Of a stretch of 64,000 bases of DNA, positions 18,340-33,242 are shown piece after piece. Both the position numbers and the translations under genes were made by a program. Positions within the stretch are counted from its first letter, which is position 1. Each line of letters starts with the position of its first letter. Source of the stretch: Trichoplax adhaerens (lineage: Eukaryota; Animalia; Placozoa); NCBI RefSeq assembly GCF_000150275.1, contig NW_002060949.1:5079006-5143005 (forward strand). The letters are read 5' to 3'. The notes beneath the pieces were generated by a model. It ran no database searches and had not been told where the DNA came from. It was given only the letters and a program-made list of their open reading frames with translations.

Positions 18340-21300
18340 ATGTCCTTATTCTCGATACGAAGACACCACCAGGCTAAGCCCAATCAATGTCCGCAAAACT
18401 CTACAGTATGTTTTCAATAAGAACGACCATTTTAAATAAATATCTTTTCACGATGGTTATTAAACTATCTCTTGATAAAATCACTCTTTCGATTGTGCTT
18501 GTAAAACCTTTCATTATCAACCTAACGCGCTTTCAAAGAAATAGACCGACAGTGTAGTGGATATCTATGGATAGCAATGGTTTATATCTAGCATTTTTTC
18601 TTCTTATTTCTACTCTTGTAGCATCTTGACGCCAACGATGGGCAAATCACTGACAGGTGAATAATGCATTATTAATTCTAATCGTCAATTGAACTCTTTC
18701 TTTACCCATCCAGGACTATTTCGTCTATGGCGTTAAACTATTTTTGTACCTTGATCGATATGTAGAACAGTACCGATAGTAACCCTAAGTTAGTCATACA
18801 TAGACATGCGCTATTTTCTACCAATTCTTAAAAATAGCTTAGGATCATGATGCTAATACAATCATTTCCCCCCAAAATTTATCTTTGTTGTAAATCGTTC
18901 ATAGGAAGAATTTTTATAGTAACTAGATGTTGTTAAATTGAAATTTAAAGCCGCTCATCTTCAAATCTATTTATCTATCATAGCGTGGAACATTACTGTG
19001 CAATCAAAGGAATCGCTGTTCGTGTTCATGGCAGCCCTCGCCAACCAATCAACGAAAAAGAAGGTAGACTAAAGTTGATTATATTGAATAAGAAGGAAAA
19101 ATATCCACATGCACCAATACGGTGCTTTAAGTAGATGAGTTTATGTTGATTAATATTGAATGAAACACCGGAAAGAAAGCCATTGGTGCACTATTATTAG
19201 ATAGATTGTAGAAACGATCGTGTCTATCATACAGGATACCAATGCAGCATTTCACAAATATACCCACAAGTAAATGGCATTGATTTGCCCAATGTAAATT
19301 GTAGTAATTGCTCATTACTGCTTTTGAATAGGGTAGCAGAAAATGCACATTTGAAAAAAAATGGCTCTTATTCATACTTTGATACAATAACATTATAGAC
19401 GTAGAGATAGAAGGTTTAATGTAGCCTATTTTGCCTAGTTTGCCCTGATCGAGCATAGTATACAACGAATGGATTAGCGCTAGTCCAACGCTGATTACCT
19501 TGCTTACTTGTACTGTAATAGAAATGTAATAATACAGTATCAATCTCAATCTTGATACATGTATGGATACATTATGTTAAAATTTCCAACAAATTAATCA
19601 TCTACATTGAAATCGATAATCAATTTGACGTGGCACTACGTAATTGTACTTTTCGTTGATGCCTTTCTAAAGTATATATATACATCCCCATCAGTATGAC
19701 AGAAACATACAGTACTATACAGTTATATCAATTAAATAAACTACATAATGACCATTTCACACATCAAAAAAACATCTTCACATATATCAAATTGCCTTAA
19801 TTACCTTGAGACAATACAGAAAGATCCATTGACATTCCGATGACTAGATATAGTACAGTAGACTATCACTATACAGTATCAATCTGCAATTACGATATAG
19901 AAACTTTACTCTTTTATTGTTTACAGTAAAAGCGTTCCTACGCCATTTTAAGTTATTTTGCATCTGTCCCGTCAATCAAGACTATTTTCTCAATAATTAA
20001 CGAGATGAAAATATTCAAAAACATTTTGTTTAGGATGACACTTAGATTATTCAAAACCATTAAATCGTTATCCATGTTCAATTCCATGAACTGTACTGTA
20101 CAATATTTAACATGAAACGATTCCAAATGGCTACTGGTTATCGCTGATATTGCGACATAAACAATTTAGATGCTTTTCAGTTAGTTCATGCTTCATTTAC
20201 AGTATTTTATTTTTCTTCTTATGATTTTTCCTAATCATATAAGAACGCGAAAAATTTTCATAAGTAGACATTATAACGCGAGTAATCGACTACTATATCG
20301 ATAATCCTATGTAATTTTGAAATACAAACATTTTCTTTGATTATTCCTATTTTAGCAGGCGATATTCAACACCATTTACGCGTTATATCTGAGACAGTAA
20401 GACCTAAGGACTCAATTACCCTAGTAAGAAAGAAACTTTTATTTCTGTCGACAATAAAAAACGATATCTTTAATTCTTATGTTGTCAAAAATTTTTTAAA
20501 ATGATCGTATTTCGGTATCATTGCTGTTGTATTGTTACTATCAAATGAAAAGAAGTACAGTAGTTACTATACCAGTATTGAAGGTTTCAGCTATAACTTC
20601 ATCGTTTAAACCTGCGCATTTTGCTAAATAAGTCATCTATTTTACATTTTTATACAGGCAGTCAAATTAGAATGCCTACTATCAACTAGAACGAGATACC
20701 TAACTGTGGTATCAATTACTGATATCGACAATACAGAAGAAAACGCTCTGTTAGGTTTTGACTGGGATGAAACGTATGTCTCATTAGCAATGATATTAAT
20801 TAATTAATTATATAATCGAATTCATCGTAATTAATGCGAAATCCTCACTGAAATGATCTACCTATGGATAATAGATAGATTAATCTATATAAATCTACAC
20901 TTTATTATAAAACAGTTCTGATGAAGCCACTTTAGGAATGGTCCTTCCAGTTTATGCTGATACATCAATTGTCCTTGATGGCGACGGGTGAGTAGAACCC
21001 AAGCATCCGTTCTTGTAATCCTCAGTTGCATGCGTTACATTGCTTTGATACATCACTACGTAAGCAACTAATTAAATCCTAATCATTCGAATTAATTGAT
21101 AATCCTTTCTCATCTTTAATATTTCATACCCTTTTTTAGAGGTTTTGTAGTAACTTCAGATTATCGCAAACATACTTTCAAGCCTGTATCAGTGCAATCA
21201 ATGTGGTTAGCTTTAAACTTATTGTTATTAACTTCAAAGATAAAATTTCAATTTGACCTACCTGTAACACTGTATCTTGATACAAGTCTTTGATTAACGT

Positions 21301-24103
21301 AGGAGCGCTTTACAGACGTTGAATAAGAATGTAGAAAATGCAAGATATAACAATTTTTTTGCTGAAGGTACTTCACATACTTGGATTAACCATTACGTAA
21401 AAGAAATTAATAGTTCGCCAAAGGCCATTATTGAATGGAATGCACTTGATATCGAATCTAAAACTAATTTTGACGCCAAAATAGATTCTGAACTGTAAGT
21501 ATTTTGAGCTGTGAATTAAAAATCGAATCCTTTATAGTGATAATTTAATTAAACTTGTTAAATCTATAGGGATCAATCAAAGTTAGCTGCCACACGAAAT
21601 CTAATTAAGGTCAATTTACGAGATGTAAGCTTTGCTTTAATACTTCAATGATAATACGAGTACCTTAGTACTATTAGATGATATTTTACCATTGGCATTA
21701 CAGATTATGGCGCATGTAGATATAGAAGAAATAACTAGTAAACAGGTAATCATGTAATCTCCGGTACATTGTAAATGACTTCTGTTTAAGCAATGATACT
21801 GCAATATATTCAAAAAATCTAAAATTATGTCTATAAATTGTTAACGTTTTTATTTATTCACTTAACAGATACGGTCATTACTAGAAGAAAGAATACAAAT
21901 GAAGCTTACTGAATTCAAGGAATTCATTGATGAATGTATGATTGTTATCTTACGACAAATGGATTCAGCATCTGAAATACTGCCTTACCTATATTTGGTA
22001 AATTGCTGATTTATCTTCTTTAAAATAAATTTATCAAGCACTTTAAGAGAAAAAAGCTTATATTTTTTAATACTCTATTTTAGGGTTCAGAATGGAATGC
22101 TGCTAATATCGACGAGCTAAAAAATAAAGGGTAAGTAACCGTTAAATTTTAAAGATATAATGTTTCATGATAACGTCGTTTTATTATAGAATTTAACCTG
22201 GAGCATCTGTTGGGATGCGTAAAATATTAGTTACTTGCGCAAATTGACATTGTTTAATTTTAAGTTATTGTTTTATACTTATAGTATTAAATACATTTTA
22301 AATATCACTTGTGAAGTCGATAACTTTTTTCCAAATCAGTTTTCCTATATGAATATCAGGTAATTAAAACATTCCTATGCTGTCTATACTAACGTAATCG
22401 TAAAGGTCTTTTAATAATGATTGTATCATTGTATGAGTAGAGTTGTCGATAAAGAAACAACAGATCTAATAACAAATTGGGACAAGACTTATAAATTTAT
22501 CAAAGGTGCAAGGTAAGTGGCTAATAAAATTTTTTTGCAAGAATTTGGCCTGACAGATCTATTTATTGATAGGAATAATAGCTCAAAAGTACTGGTTCAT
22601 TGTAAAATGGGAGTTAGCAGGTCTGCTTCAACGGTAAAGTCTGATTTAAGCCATTTTATCAAATATTAAAGTTTTAAGCATAGAACATTAACTTAATTCA
22701 TTGCTTCATGAGTAGGTCATAGCTTATGTTATGAAGGAATATAAGTGGCCCTTAGAGACCGCCTTACAACATGTGAAAAGCTGTCGCAATTGCATTAATC
22801 CTAATCCGGGCTTTTACAATCAATTGATTACTTATGAAGGCTTAATAAAAGCAGGGTAATGTAATTAGAATTAAACTTTAAACCTTGAAAATAAATTGAC
22901 TTAACTGCAACAACTCTTGGTCTCTCTAACTAACATTTTTACTATGGACGTAGGCGCCTTCGCCACAGTCATTTATGGAGGAAGAGATCATACTCTGATA
23001 CCTCTATTAAGCAGTTAATTTCCTTTCGTCGGAGTCAAATGACCAAGAAAGCACCTATAACAGAGCAAAATGATGAATCGGGCCAAACCCAATGTAAAGA
23101 TACTGCATCAACGAAAGCAAATGAAGATACAGACTTTATCTCATTTTACTCATGTGTTTCTTGCTTGATAAGTGAGTATCAAATTAAGAATGATAGGAAA
23201 AAGGAGAAAAATATAAAGAAATCACTTCATCGTAAGGGCCGTAATCTGCAAAATCGCATACAAGCACCTAGGCCGGTAAAATCAAATCCCAACCTAGGTA
23301 GTTTAGCAAACGATTATAGTCAAGCATATGATCAGATTACATCAAGTGCATCGATTGACACATCATTTGATAGTCACCCAGAAGGATTTGACAAGCATAC
23401 TTTAGCCGAAGGTAATTTATCTAATGATACCGTCGCCATTAACGAATCAAAATTGGGCGCATCTCCAACTATTGTACTTAGACATAAACAGGAGGAAGAT
23501 TGTTGTAGTTCGACAAAAATGTTATACGAAGTGAAGTCTAAAGGAGACAACGAAACACATTCCAATAAAACAATGAACAAATCGAATAAAAGAGAAGGAT
23601 CGAAGGTAAAAGGGATCAAGAACTTTTTAGAAGGTATATCTAAAGGCTGGCAGGCTTCAAAAGCTATATTGCGTCAAAATAGCAGTAAGTCCCCTGTAAG
23701 CAAAAGTGAAGAACATAAATTTGATGAAGATAGAATATCACCAAATCCTAAAATTAATTCGTCAACAGAGAGTGAGCGGGATAATTACGTCGATCACACT
23801 CTCGATAAGCTGATTGTATCACCTGAGGCTGACCGTGAAAATGATGTTGAAGAATTGAAATTCAATGTATCAGTTAAGGAATTAACTTTGGAATTAGAAT
23901 CAGCTCACATGCAATCATTAAATAATTCTTCACTTAATACGTCAAAAAGTTCTATTCAGAATCTTGGCATCACAAGCACTGCTGAAACTAAGAACGATGC
24001 CAACGATGATGAGACTTGTCCTAAGAATGAATTACAGCGCAGTTCCGGCTACATAAGGAATATCGTTGAAAAATTCGAATCGAGCGACTGCCAAGCAAAT
24101 TAA
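18340..24103 (+). CDS. SSH: Protein phosphatase slingshot (cofilin phosphatase, dual-specificity; about 821 aa, 17 exons)
   Basis: Exons 18340-18405, 18622-18656, 18984-19063, 20356-20423, 20658-20773, 20916-20987, 21140-21205, 21303-21494, 21570-21624, 21704-21745, 21869-21997, 22084-22130, 22285-22359, 22441-22512, 22573-22633, 22716-22855, 22954-24103. Motifs: LDGDGGF, FKPVSVQSMWSALQ, LYLGSEWNAAN, catalytic VLVHCKMGVSRSAS, NPNPGF. The first two exons are less certain. Confidence 0.92.
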
Positions 24104-26413
24104 TTGCGCGAGCTATTTCATATTGTTTATACACACGTTAAATCAACTGAATGTATCTATTACGATACATTTGATGCCAAAACATTCAGCGAATTTATAA
24201 GAAATGCTATGATTACTGCAACTACAGACGAACATACTATAATACTTGAATGACGCACGCTTCATTAACCAATACTAATACAATTTTGATATGAAGAATA
24301 GTGATAAATTAGTTCCATTCTTAATCATCTACGAATCAGCCGAATATTATTATACATTTCTGTATCATATTATTAATACCTCTGTAATGGTTGCAATGAT
24401 TATATATTAACAACCTAAAAATATTTAAATTACCACAACTTTTCGGATGCTCTTGTATTTGTTGAAAATTATATGAATGAAAATTTAAATTGTTTTTATT
24501 TACAATTAACATTATGGCCATGTACAGTTACATACTGTGATTGTAATATTATTTTTTGTGTATCCCGTGTTTGGACATAGAAACCACGATTTGAAACTAC
24601 TATACAATATATCACGTTTTTGTTAAGGCTAAGTGTGATAGTGTACAGTAATTTACTTGAGCTGGGTTACACAATTCCAAGTTGAATGATTTGATATGTA
24701 ACAATAAGTTTACGTTATGTTTATGCACGGCTGATTTAATGATTGGTTATATCAATATTAGGATATACTGTACTAGTATGCAGGAATGACTCAGCCTACA
24801 GAATAATCTTTTATACCTTTTTATTCGTACTATTGTCTATGTAATCTTTCAAGTATTACATTAAATACATAAGTATTGAGATCGAGATTTGCAATGGAGA
24901 AAATTATATATTTTAATTTCTATATATCCTTAAATTCATGATCTACGCAGTATAAAAATTGTCACGCAATTTTTTAATCTACTGCATCAAGAAAATTAGT
25001 GAAGTGTCGGTACGATTCGGCGGAAATGACGAATTTAAAATGTCATTTCGAACATCAATAAATGCTGTTTGTTATCTTATTTTTAAATTGTTTTTGTGAA
25101 TAGTACTTCTAGTAGGCAATACCTGTTTCCTTAAACCAATTAGTAATCTAAAATTAGTCATGATTAAAATATTTTAATCTCAGGCAATATGCAATAGTTC
25201 AAAACTTTAGGATTCATCACAAATAGATATACACGTTGTACAGGTTATACATGAAAATATTATTGTACATCATCAAATATTATGTTAGAGTATTTTAGAC
25301 GCATTATCGCTTAAATATACGGGTATAATACGGTTAAATGTGTAACTTATAAAGGGTAGTTATACTGTATTCTCGTACAATTTACTCCACATATGATATT
25401 ATAATTGCTATATACAATTACAGTGGCCATCTTTCTAATTAATCCCAAATTATTACCGGTCAATCAATCTAAATCTTCATTTTATACCTATCATATATAT
25501 TGACTTATTTTGATAAGTTAAATATTCCTTTCATATAAAGACTGCCTTAATCATGCTTTATAGTACAGTATTTTTATAGCATACCTGCGGTGTCGTACTA
25601 TCTTTCGTAGAATGGATACTAACTATTGCAATGAAAAATCAATCACAGCATGTACGCCTATAAATCTACCTTCATGAAGTAATCAATATTACAGTAGTAT
25701 AGCTATCTGCCGTAGTAAGCTTCAAAATCAGCTTAAAATAGTTTAATTTCGACAACCATCTAAGGAATGGATGTTACTAATTATTTTAATAACATGAAAT
25801 TGATCAAACCATTCAATCGATCGTTCAAAATATCCCCTTTAGATCGTTAATATAAACATAACCTACAAGCACCGTCGTTCAACTCACTATAATTGTAATC
25901 TAAAATTAACGGATAATTAATTCACCTTTTGCTATCCTGTAATTAAGGCATAAATTATTCTAAAAGAGAATTAACCTAATGATATAAATTGATATCTATA
26001 TTAGATATAAATAAGAGCTATTGTAGGTGAGGGCGAAAGGAGGAATTTAATAATTATATGTACAGTAATATATAATAGAACTACAAAAATTAAGTTTTAT
26101 CATTTTTGTAGATAAAGCAACAAAAGCTGTAGAAATTTTAAGTCTGTCTAGAGTATCACGAAAATAATCTCGAATTATATGTTATAATCTATCTGATATA
26201 AAATTTTTCTCTGCAAATTTACATAGATAATAAACTATAAATTTGAGATTCGGTAGCAAAACATGTACATAGATATAGACATAATTATTATATGCTGCCT
26301 CCAGGATCTACTAATTTATAGAAAAAGTTATAAATTTTGTAAATGTGTTTTTGGTAAAAATGATTAATATTTTTCAAAATATTATTGATACGGATATTCC
26401 CTTCCTCAGGAAT

Positions 26414-29400
26414 TTAATTCTCAATATTTTTATTAGTTGTATCTCCTTGAAATTTATGAATTTCAAGGGTTAAATTATTAATTGTTTTATTCTTTTCTTC
26501 TATATCATCTTGTAACTGCCTAACTAATCCCTTAAGCTGCTGAACTTCAACGGATGTTAATGATGATTTCTCATCTTCGGTTCTTGGCACATAGAATGAA
26601 CTAATTGTAGGTAATTTATATAGACTATTAATTCCACGAGCATTAGTTGCATGATTACTTGCAACTTCGGCCTAAAGTATGGGTAAGTTAGAAAGAATAT
26701 TAGTAGGTAATAGAGTACCGGTAGTTTCTCTTAAATTAATAGGTGTGGTATCAACTTTAATACTACTATGAAGTACATCATACACATTTTATTATACATT
26801 TAGCTTTGTATTTAAACATGGAAAAAGCATTCCAAATTCATCCCTACCTGTAAATCATGAATCATATTTTCAATACTCTTAGCTGATTTGGCCAATCGTG
26901 TTGTAATATTTTCAACTGTACCAGTGTTGTCTGATGCGTAAGGTAATAAATTAGCATAGGTGGTAGAGGTCACAGGACCGGTAAAATTCGAAGTATACTT
27001 TGAATTATTTTGAGTCTCATTTCTTTCAATATCTTCGCGCATAGGAAGAGATATATCATTATCAACATTAATATTATTGCTGCTGTTTGAAAACCTCTTT
27101 CTACTAGTTGCAGATTGTAATCGTCTTCGAATTTTAGATGTAGAAGGACCTGACCTACCACCTGATATAGTATGGCTGAAATAAAAAAAGAGAAAATAAT
27201 TTACAAATATAAATCGTTTCATAACATTTTATGTTAATTTTCATATGGGCGTAAATTTCGTAGTTGTCGAGGTAAAATATATACGGAAATGTACCTCAAG
27301 TGTAGGGTATCAAATATTTATTTAATTTAGCCATTGAAGTACCTTCTTTTAATTTGTATTTCTCCCTGATCTTCATTTTCATTGATTGGTTTAATCTTAT
27401 TTCTAGTAATTGATAAATTTAATATTTTCCTTAAGCCAACTCGATTTCTCGCTGTATTTGTATCTGTTTCACAATTTTCTTTCGTATCCTGTGTTTCTGA
27501 ATTTACTCTTTTCATTCCAGCTAAACGAGCTTTAGCGTATTGAGTTAAGTAGACCTACAACATGATTCAATTTCAGGTCAATTACTATATCTAGAATTTT
27601 GGAATACCCATAATTGTATTTGTATTAATTATCGATTCTGAATTATTATGTATCACTTTGTATGTTATTTACTTATATAAATATAAAAAAAGATTTAAAT
27701 AAGCAAATTACACGAAATAAAGTACTTGGCATAGAATACTTGAATAATACTTTTTAAAGTGCTATCAGGCAGGCATTAACAAAATACTGTAATGATACCT
27801 TAGCTTTTGGATAATCTTCCATAGCTTCCAGTACATCATCCTTTAATAATACAAATAATTCTGAGAAGCCAATCGATCGAACATTAGCAGTTCGCCTATC
27901 AAGGAAACCATAGACAGTTAATAGATGGAAGGTAAAAATTATTAGATTCATTGTGATAGCTTTTAGCTTGCTAATGATTCCAGGACCAGGTACTGAAGGT
28001 AGTTTTGTTTACAATTTAGCTCTATATAACTGTGATTGATGGCTGTAGCTTTGTACAAATTACAAATATATTCGCTGGTAATAGTAAAATTTTCATTAAT
28101 TAACTGATTGGAGGTGTTAAGCTTTAAGGTACAGAGATAGTATGATAATAGCAGCACTCCCTCTTGTATGATATAAAGATTATTAACTTTACTCTGCCAT
28201 CTGCTGGCAGTAAAAATTTCCTTTAAGAATGAAAACAAATGCCAACCGTGTGAAGGCTGAGAAATATAATAGAATTATTATACTTTAATACTTTAGTTTG
28301 TCTAAAATTTAGATTTATTATGACACACTTGTCGTTATACATAGCTGATTGCAAAGTTTATTATCGTATTTTCATAAGTAGTTATTACTGATATACAACT
28401 CTACAAGCCAGGATGGAAGGACTAGGAAAGGTTACCTGTTTGCTGCTTCTGATAGACTTAAAACTCCAATTTCACCGAAAAAATCACCTTCTTTCAATGT
28501 AGCTATAACTGCTCCACTTTCGCTGTAGTTTATTTGATAATAAAATAGTCGACAAAGGTTATCAACATCTATACATAAGAACTCAAAATAAGGTATATCG
28601 ATATAATATCCAATTTATGATTGATCATGTTTGACAATTCTATCTACATCTAGTTGTTTAGTAGTCTTTTAGTTCATACAAGGTAAATTACCTTAACACT
28701 TCCAATTTGCCGTTGCTAATAATGTACATCTCACGGGCAATTTCACCAAGTTGGCAAACTAAATCCATAGGTGTATAAATGTGATGTTTCATTTTAAGAA
28801 CTAGATCATGAAGGAATTCTCGTTCACAGTTTTGAAATAATGTGACCTAACCAAAAAGGATAATTACATGAATACAAGTACATCCAATATTAGCATAGGT
28901 ATTATTATTTAAAATAGCATATTTTATTCGCGCTGACGATAGGTGCAGTAAATCATACTCTAGTGAATTTGATCATTCGCGTAGAAAGAACCATATTATA
29001 CGTTCGTTACGATCAAAATTAATTTCATGTTCTTCAGTGCTAATCAGACAGAGTAAAATGGAACTGAAGATCGCTTTATCACCTTATATTCAATAATGCA
29101 ACTTTGGAGGAAATTATTTAGGAGTAAGCTGATATTCATATAGTAATACAGATCGCTGTAATACACTTATTTATGTATGCCGATTTTATCATGACCACTA
29201 CTGGAAATAATCATCTCCCATACTAACTATTCATAAATAAACTAACCTTTTTTAGTGTCTCTAAATGAACATGAAGAGCTAATTCGGTTTTTAATTTGGT
29301 TGGTAGCATACTGATTGCTCTAGCTTCTCCAATACCATTTAGTTGGCCTCTGTAGCAAAATATAGATTATTTAAACAGATATCTTTACAGGTAGAAAAAG

Positions 29401-31313
29401 AATATCAAGCTGGCATAACTTTACCTTTCCCAGGAATAATCGAACCATCGTTGAACACGAGTCTGCAAATTGCTGCTTACGTTTCGTTTAGACATATATT
29501 CTTTTGCATCGTCCTATTTTTATGTTTCCATTTAAATGGATAAAATGTTAATTAAAATAATTTGTTGTGATTAATTAACATGAGGCGGTCACTGTTTCTC
29601 ACCAGTAATTGATCAAATTGAGATCTTCTAGCATTTCGCTTAGCAATAACGTTACCCAATAAGCCTAAAAGATATTACATTAATACTGAGCATTTATTTA
29701 AGAACAGAAGACTGTTGCTCGCTCCTTTTACGTTTACTGTACCATTGGAAATTTTCTATACTTTAGCGCAGACTAGTATAAAAACTGATTCTTTGTAAGG
29801 ATAAGGACAATAATATTCTAAGCTCAAATTGAAAGTATTACTATGATCTATGATTTTATTGCCATGTTACTATAAAAGATCATTAAATTAATACTACAGA
29901 TAATTCAATCATACCGACAATAGAAGCAAAAATAAATAATCCACAGAAATAACTTAATAGAGTGAAAAGGTACCTAATAATCAAGAAGAAAGAATGCCAA
30001 TATTAGATTATAATCTTCTATGGTTAAAAATTTTTTGGCTAAGTAAGAGTTGAAAATAAGTCTGAATGTCAATTATTATAATACAAAACATGATAATTTA
30101 AAAGTATCATAATAATGGATATCCAATTGATTACTACAGTCATGAGTTGCCATTGAAGGAATATACGTGCAGTAGTCAAATCTACTTACTCAATTTGTGT
30201 AACTGGCGAGGGGATTTCACCAATGGTTGTTAATGTTAACGTTGCCCAATAGACCGATTTTAAATACTTGACGGATAAATTGCCGTTAATACCAACAGGC
30301 TCTGGATAAACCCATCCATCCGAGCCAAAACCGATATAGCCTGATATCATGTAATAAATTGCAGCGAACCATTGGATGAGTATAAATAAGGTGTGAATTA
30401 AATTTAAAATTCGCCAAAAATTGGGCCGATAAGTCCGTGATTGGATTAAACGGTAGAAATCGTTTGTGCGATAGTATTTTAATAATCGTCCAATGCGTAT
30501 AATGGGAAACATTTGCGTAACGTTATAATAGAAAAAATCGAAAGGTAATAAACAAATAACATCCATCACAACCCGTCCAGAGCGGAAATAATGTTGACGC
30601 AATTTATGGCGATCAGTGACGACGATGCCATGGGATAAGTAGCCAGTTCGTGTTGAGAGGTAGATATCAGCGATATAAATTAGATCAGTACTATAGTCAA
30701 GAAAACCCCACAAGATTGGAGTTTCATTTTGGAACTCTGGAAAAGCAGTTCGAATAATAATTAACCAAAAATTATATAACACTGCCAAGGATAGCAGAGC
30801 TAACCAATAAAGATTAGTTAAACTTTTAGGATTAATGATCCAACGTTCATAACGCATTCGGACATCGCCATAAGTATCATAGAAGTAATCTTTTTGATCA
30901 GTAATAACGACATCATCGTCATCATCACGGCCTTTACCATGCGATTTGTCGTCACTCAGTGAATTTTCTTCATTGGCAACAGTCACTAAATCCTCTTCAC
31001 TGTCAATAGATATACGTCGGTCTTGGCGTGTTGTAAATTTTTCGATGAATGAATCATGGCGACGTTTTTGAACACTTTGATTTTGTGCTCGTACCTTGGT
31101 GAAAGCATTGCTCCAACGATAAAATTGACTTAAAATATGAGAGCTACTAGATCGGTTATTGCGTTGTAATCTTTTCTTTCCACTTCCTCCTTCTATTGGA
31201 GTAGTTTCCTCAACAGTCATGATGTGCTCTTGTTGTTGCTGCAAATGAGGATCATGACCATTTTTAGTCGGATAATCTTGATGGGCTGATTGAATATCGT
31301 AATCTTTGGACAT
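26414..31313 (-). CDS. Cyclic nucleotide-gated cation channel, alpha-type pore, CNGL-like (about 857 aa, 11 exons; an upstream coding exon is possible)
   Basis: Exons 30190-31313, 29915-29973, 29603-29664, 29425-29513, 29247-29349, 28692-28846, 28436-28522, 27799-27895, 27343-27554, 26848-27175, 26414-26671. S1-S6 segments, pore [17 protein letters not shown]-linker [28 protein letters not shown]...[17 protein letters not shown]-terminal coiled coil. A phase-1 acceptor at 31337 stays in frame with the ATG. Confidence 0.92.
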
Positions 31314-31642
31314 TTTCAATGACGTTTTGTAGTCATCTAGAGAATAGAAATAACCTCAAATCTGTTGATAAATGATATAGTATTCCCGCTTGGATGGCTA
31401 TCGTAAAGATGGGGGGAATATTGTTCTTCGACAGAAGTTAGTTTGGCAAGTGGCGGAAAGGCTAAGTACACGTAGAAAGGAAAAGGAATTGATTAAATTC
31501 AAGCGGGGCTAGAATAAATTATTCTATTAATCCCATTGCCGGTAGTAGCGGTATCCATCTTATAATTTTAAAATAAGCAATTTTTACCTACCCAAATGCT
31601 GCTTACCCTAGGAAATATGCCCGTATAGGATAAATTAGCGTA

Positions 31643-31997
31643 TAGAAGATTTCTGTTGTTGTAATCGATCGAGAGAGAGAGAGAGCACTTTTTCTTCAGC
31701 TATAAATGGATTTGCAAATATAGGAAGAGAAGGGAGAAATAATGAACTCACAGAAGGATTGAAATCGTTACAGTTGTGAAGAAATTAATAGCCTCATTTT
31801 TACCTGCCTCTTCACCCAAGCTATAAATATGATAATTCAACACCTAGAAGATTTCTATTTTTGTTGTATTAGAGAGAGAGAGAGAACACTTTCTTTAGCT
31901 ATAAATGAACTGACAAATATATTGGGTGGTATCTTTGAAGAGAAAGGAGAAATAATCAGTATATAGAAGGACGGGCGACGGTTACAGTTATGGGAAG
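31643..31997. repeat. Diverged two-copy duplication (about 200 bp period) with (GA)n tracts, upstream of the CNG gene
   Basis: tagaagatttct...(ga)n..cacttt..agctataaatg...caaatat...gaagagaa.ggagaaataat...agaagga...gttacagtt occurs from about 31643 and again from about 31845. Confidence 0.8.
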
Positions 31998-33242
31998 GAA
32001 AGAATATTTTCCCTTAAACGGAAATAGAATTGATAAAATAGACGAAGTAACGATAGATGAGGAAATTAGAATTCTATTTTTATTGTTACCTATGTTGCCA
32101 TAAAAATCTCTAAAGGCCTATATTAATCTAAAAGTCTCATTTCTGTTTACCTTGATTTTATCAAACTTCAATCACGTATTTCTATGATAAATCAGTGAAG
32201 GTAATTCAATTTCTTATTTCTTATTCCAACCTAATCAAAAGGAACCAGCTAAATAATTTACTTTTTTATCACCCGTTAAAACAGAAATTTCTATACGACA
32301 AGATACGTCTAGAATTTTATATAGTAATAGTTCAATCTCAGAGGAAAAAATTTGTCTTAAGATTACTTTACTATACCTTTGAGTAAAATAAACATCGATT
32401 GGTCAAGTTCCTATAATTATAAACAATAGTTCTTATAAATAATTTCTTATTGAAATCGCTAAATGATAGAAGGATAGTTCCTACCAATAAACAAAAATAA
32501 GCTCTAGTAATCATTTTGGATAAATAAGCCATTTTATAGTAACATAAGAAAATCAATAACTATAATAGAACTGCGACATTAGAATGATTCTAACTATAAT
32601 ATAATTTTCGTCAATCATTTTATTTAATCCATCTCCACCCTTTATTTAATGTTAATTGTTATTAAACGCTTAATTATTTTCATCTATGATTTAGTCACTT
32701 TCAATCTAGCTTTGGGTTGTGCTTTATTAGCATTGACACCGTAGCCGTACTTTTAACCTATGAAAATAGAAAAATTGTTCACAGTATGGCACCGACATTA
32801 ACTTCGTTATAGACCTCGATTCAGTCACAGTATAGATCAACAGGTTCTTGTATATACCGTATATACTACGTAACAGCCCTACATTATTTATGTATTTACT
32901 GTCTACAGAATGTGATTTGAAATCTTCTAGAGTGTAAATTAGCAGTCTAGAATGCATGGGCAACATGATAATGGAGTTCTTTATAATGTGCTTTTATGGA
33001 ATATATGGATAAATTATAAATTTGTAGTCTCTCGTGTGTATCTACAGCATTAAAAGGTGGTGATGATTTTCTAAATTGTAAAAATTAACGGCCATGGAGA
33101 TGGAATAATTCTTAAAGTACCGGTACTCGTAGAGCAATACCTTAAGAATTATTAATAGTGAACACTTGAAAGATTAAATCTAGAATTATAAAAATAAAGC
33201 TTGGTGTATTATTAAATGCCTTGCGACCTAAATTCTATGATG

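Noticed and set aside
19127-19549. 140-aa antisense ORF inside SSH intron 3
   Set aside because: Non-ATG start, composition typical of AT-rich non-coding DNA, and no recognisable motif.
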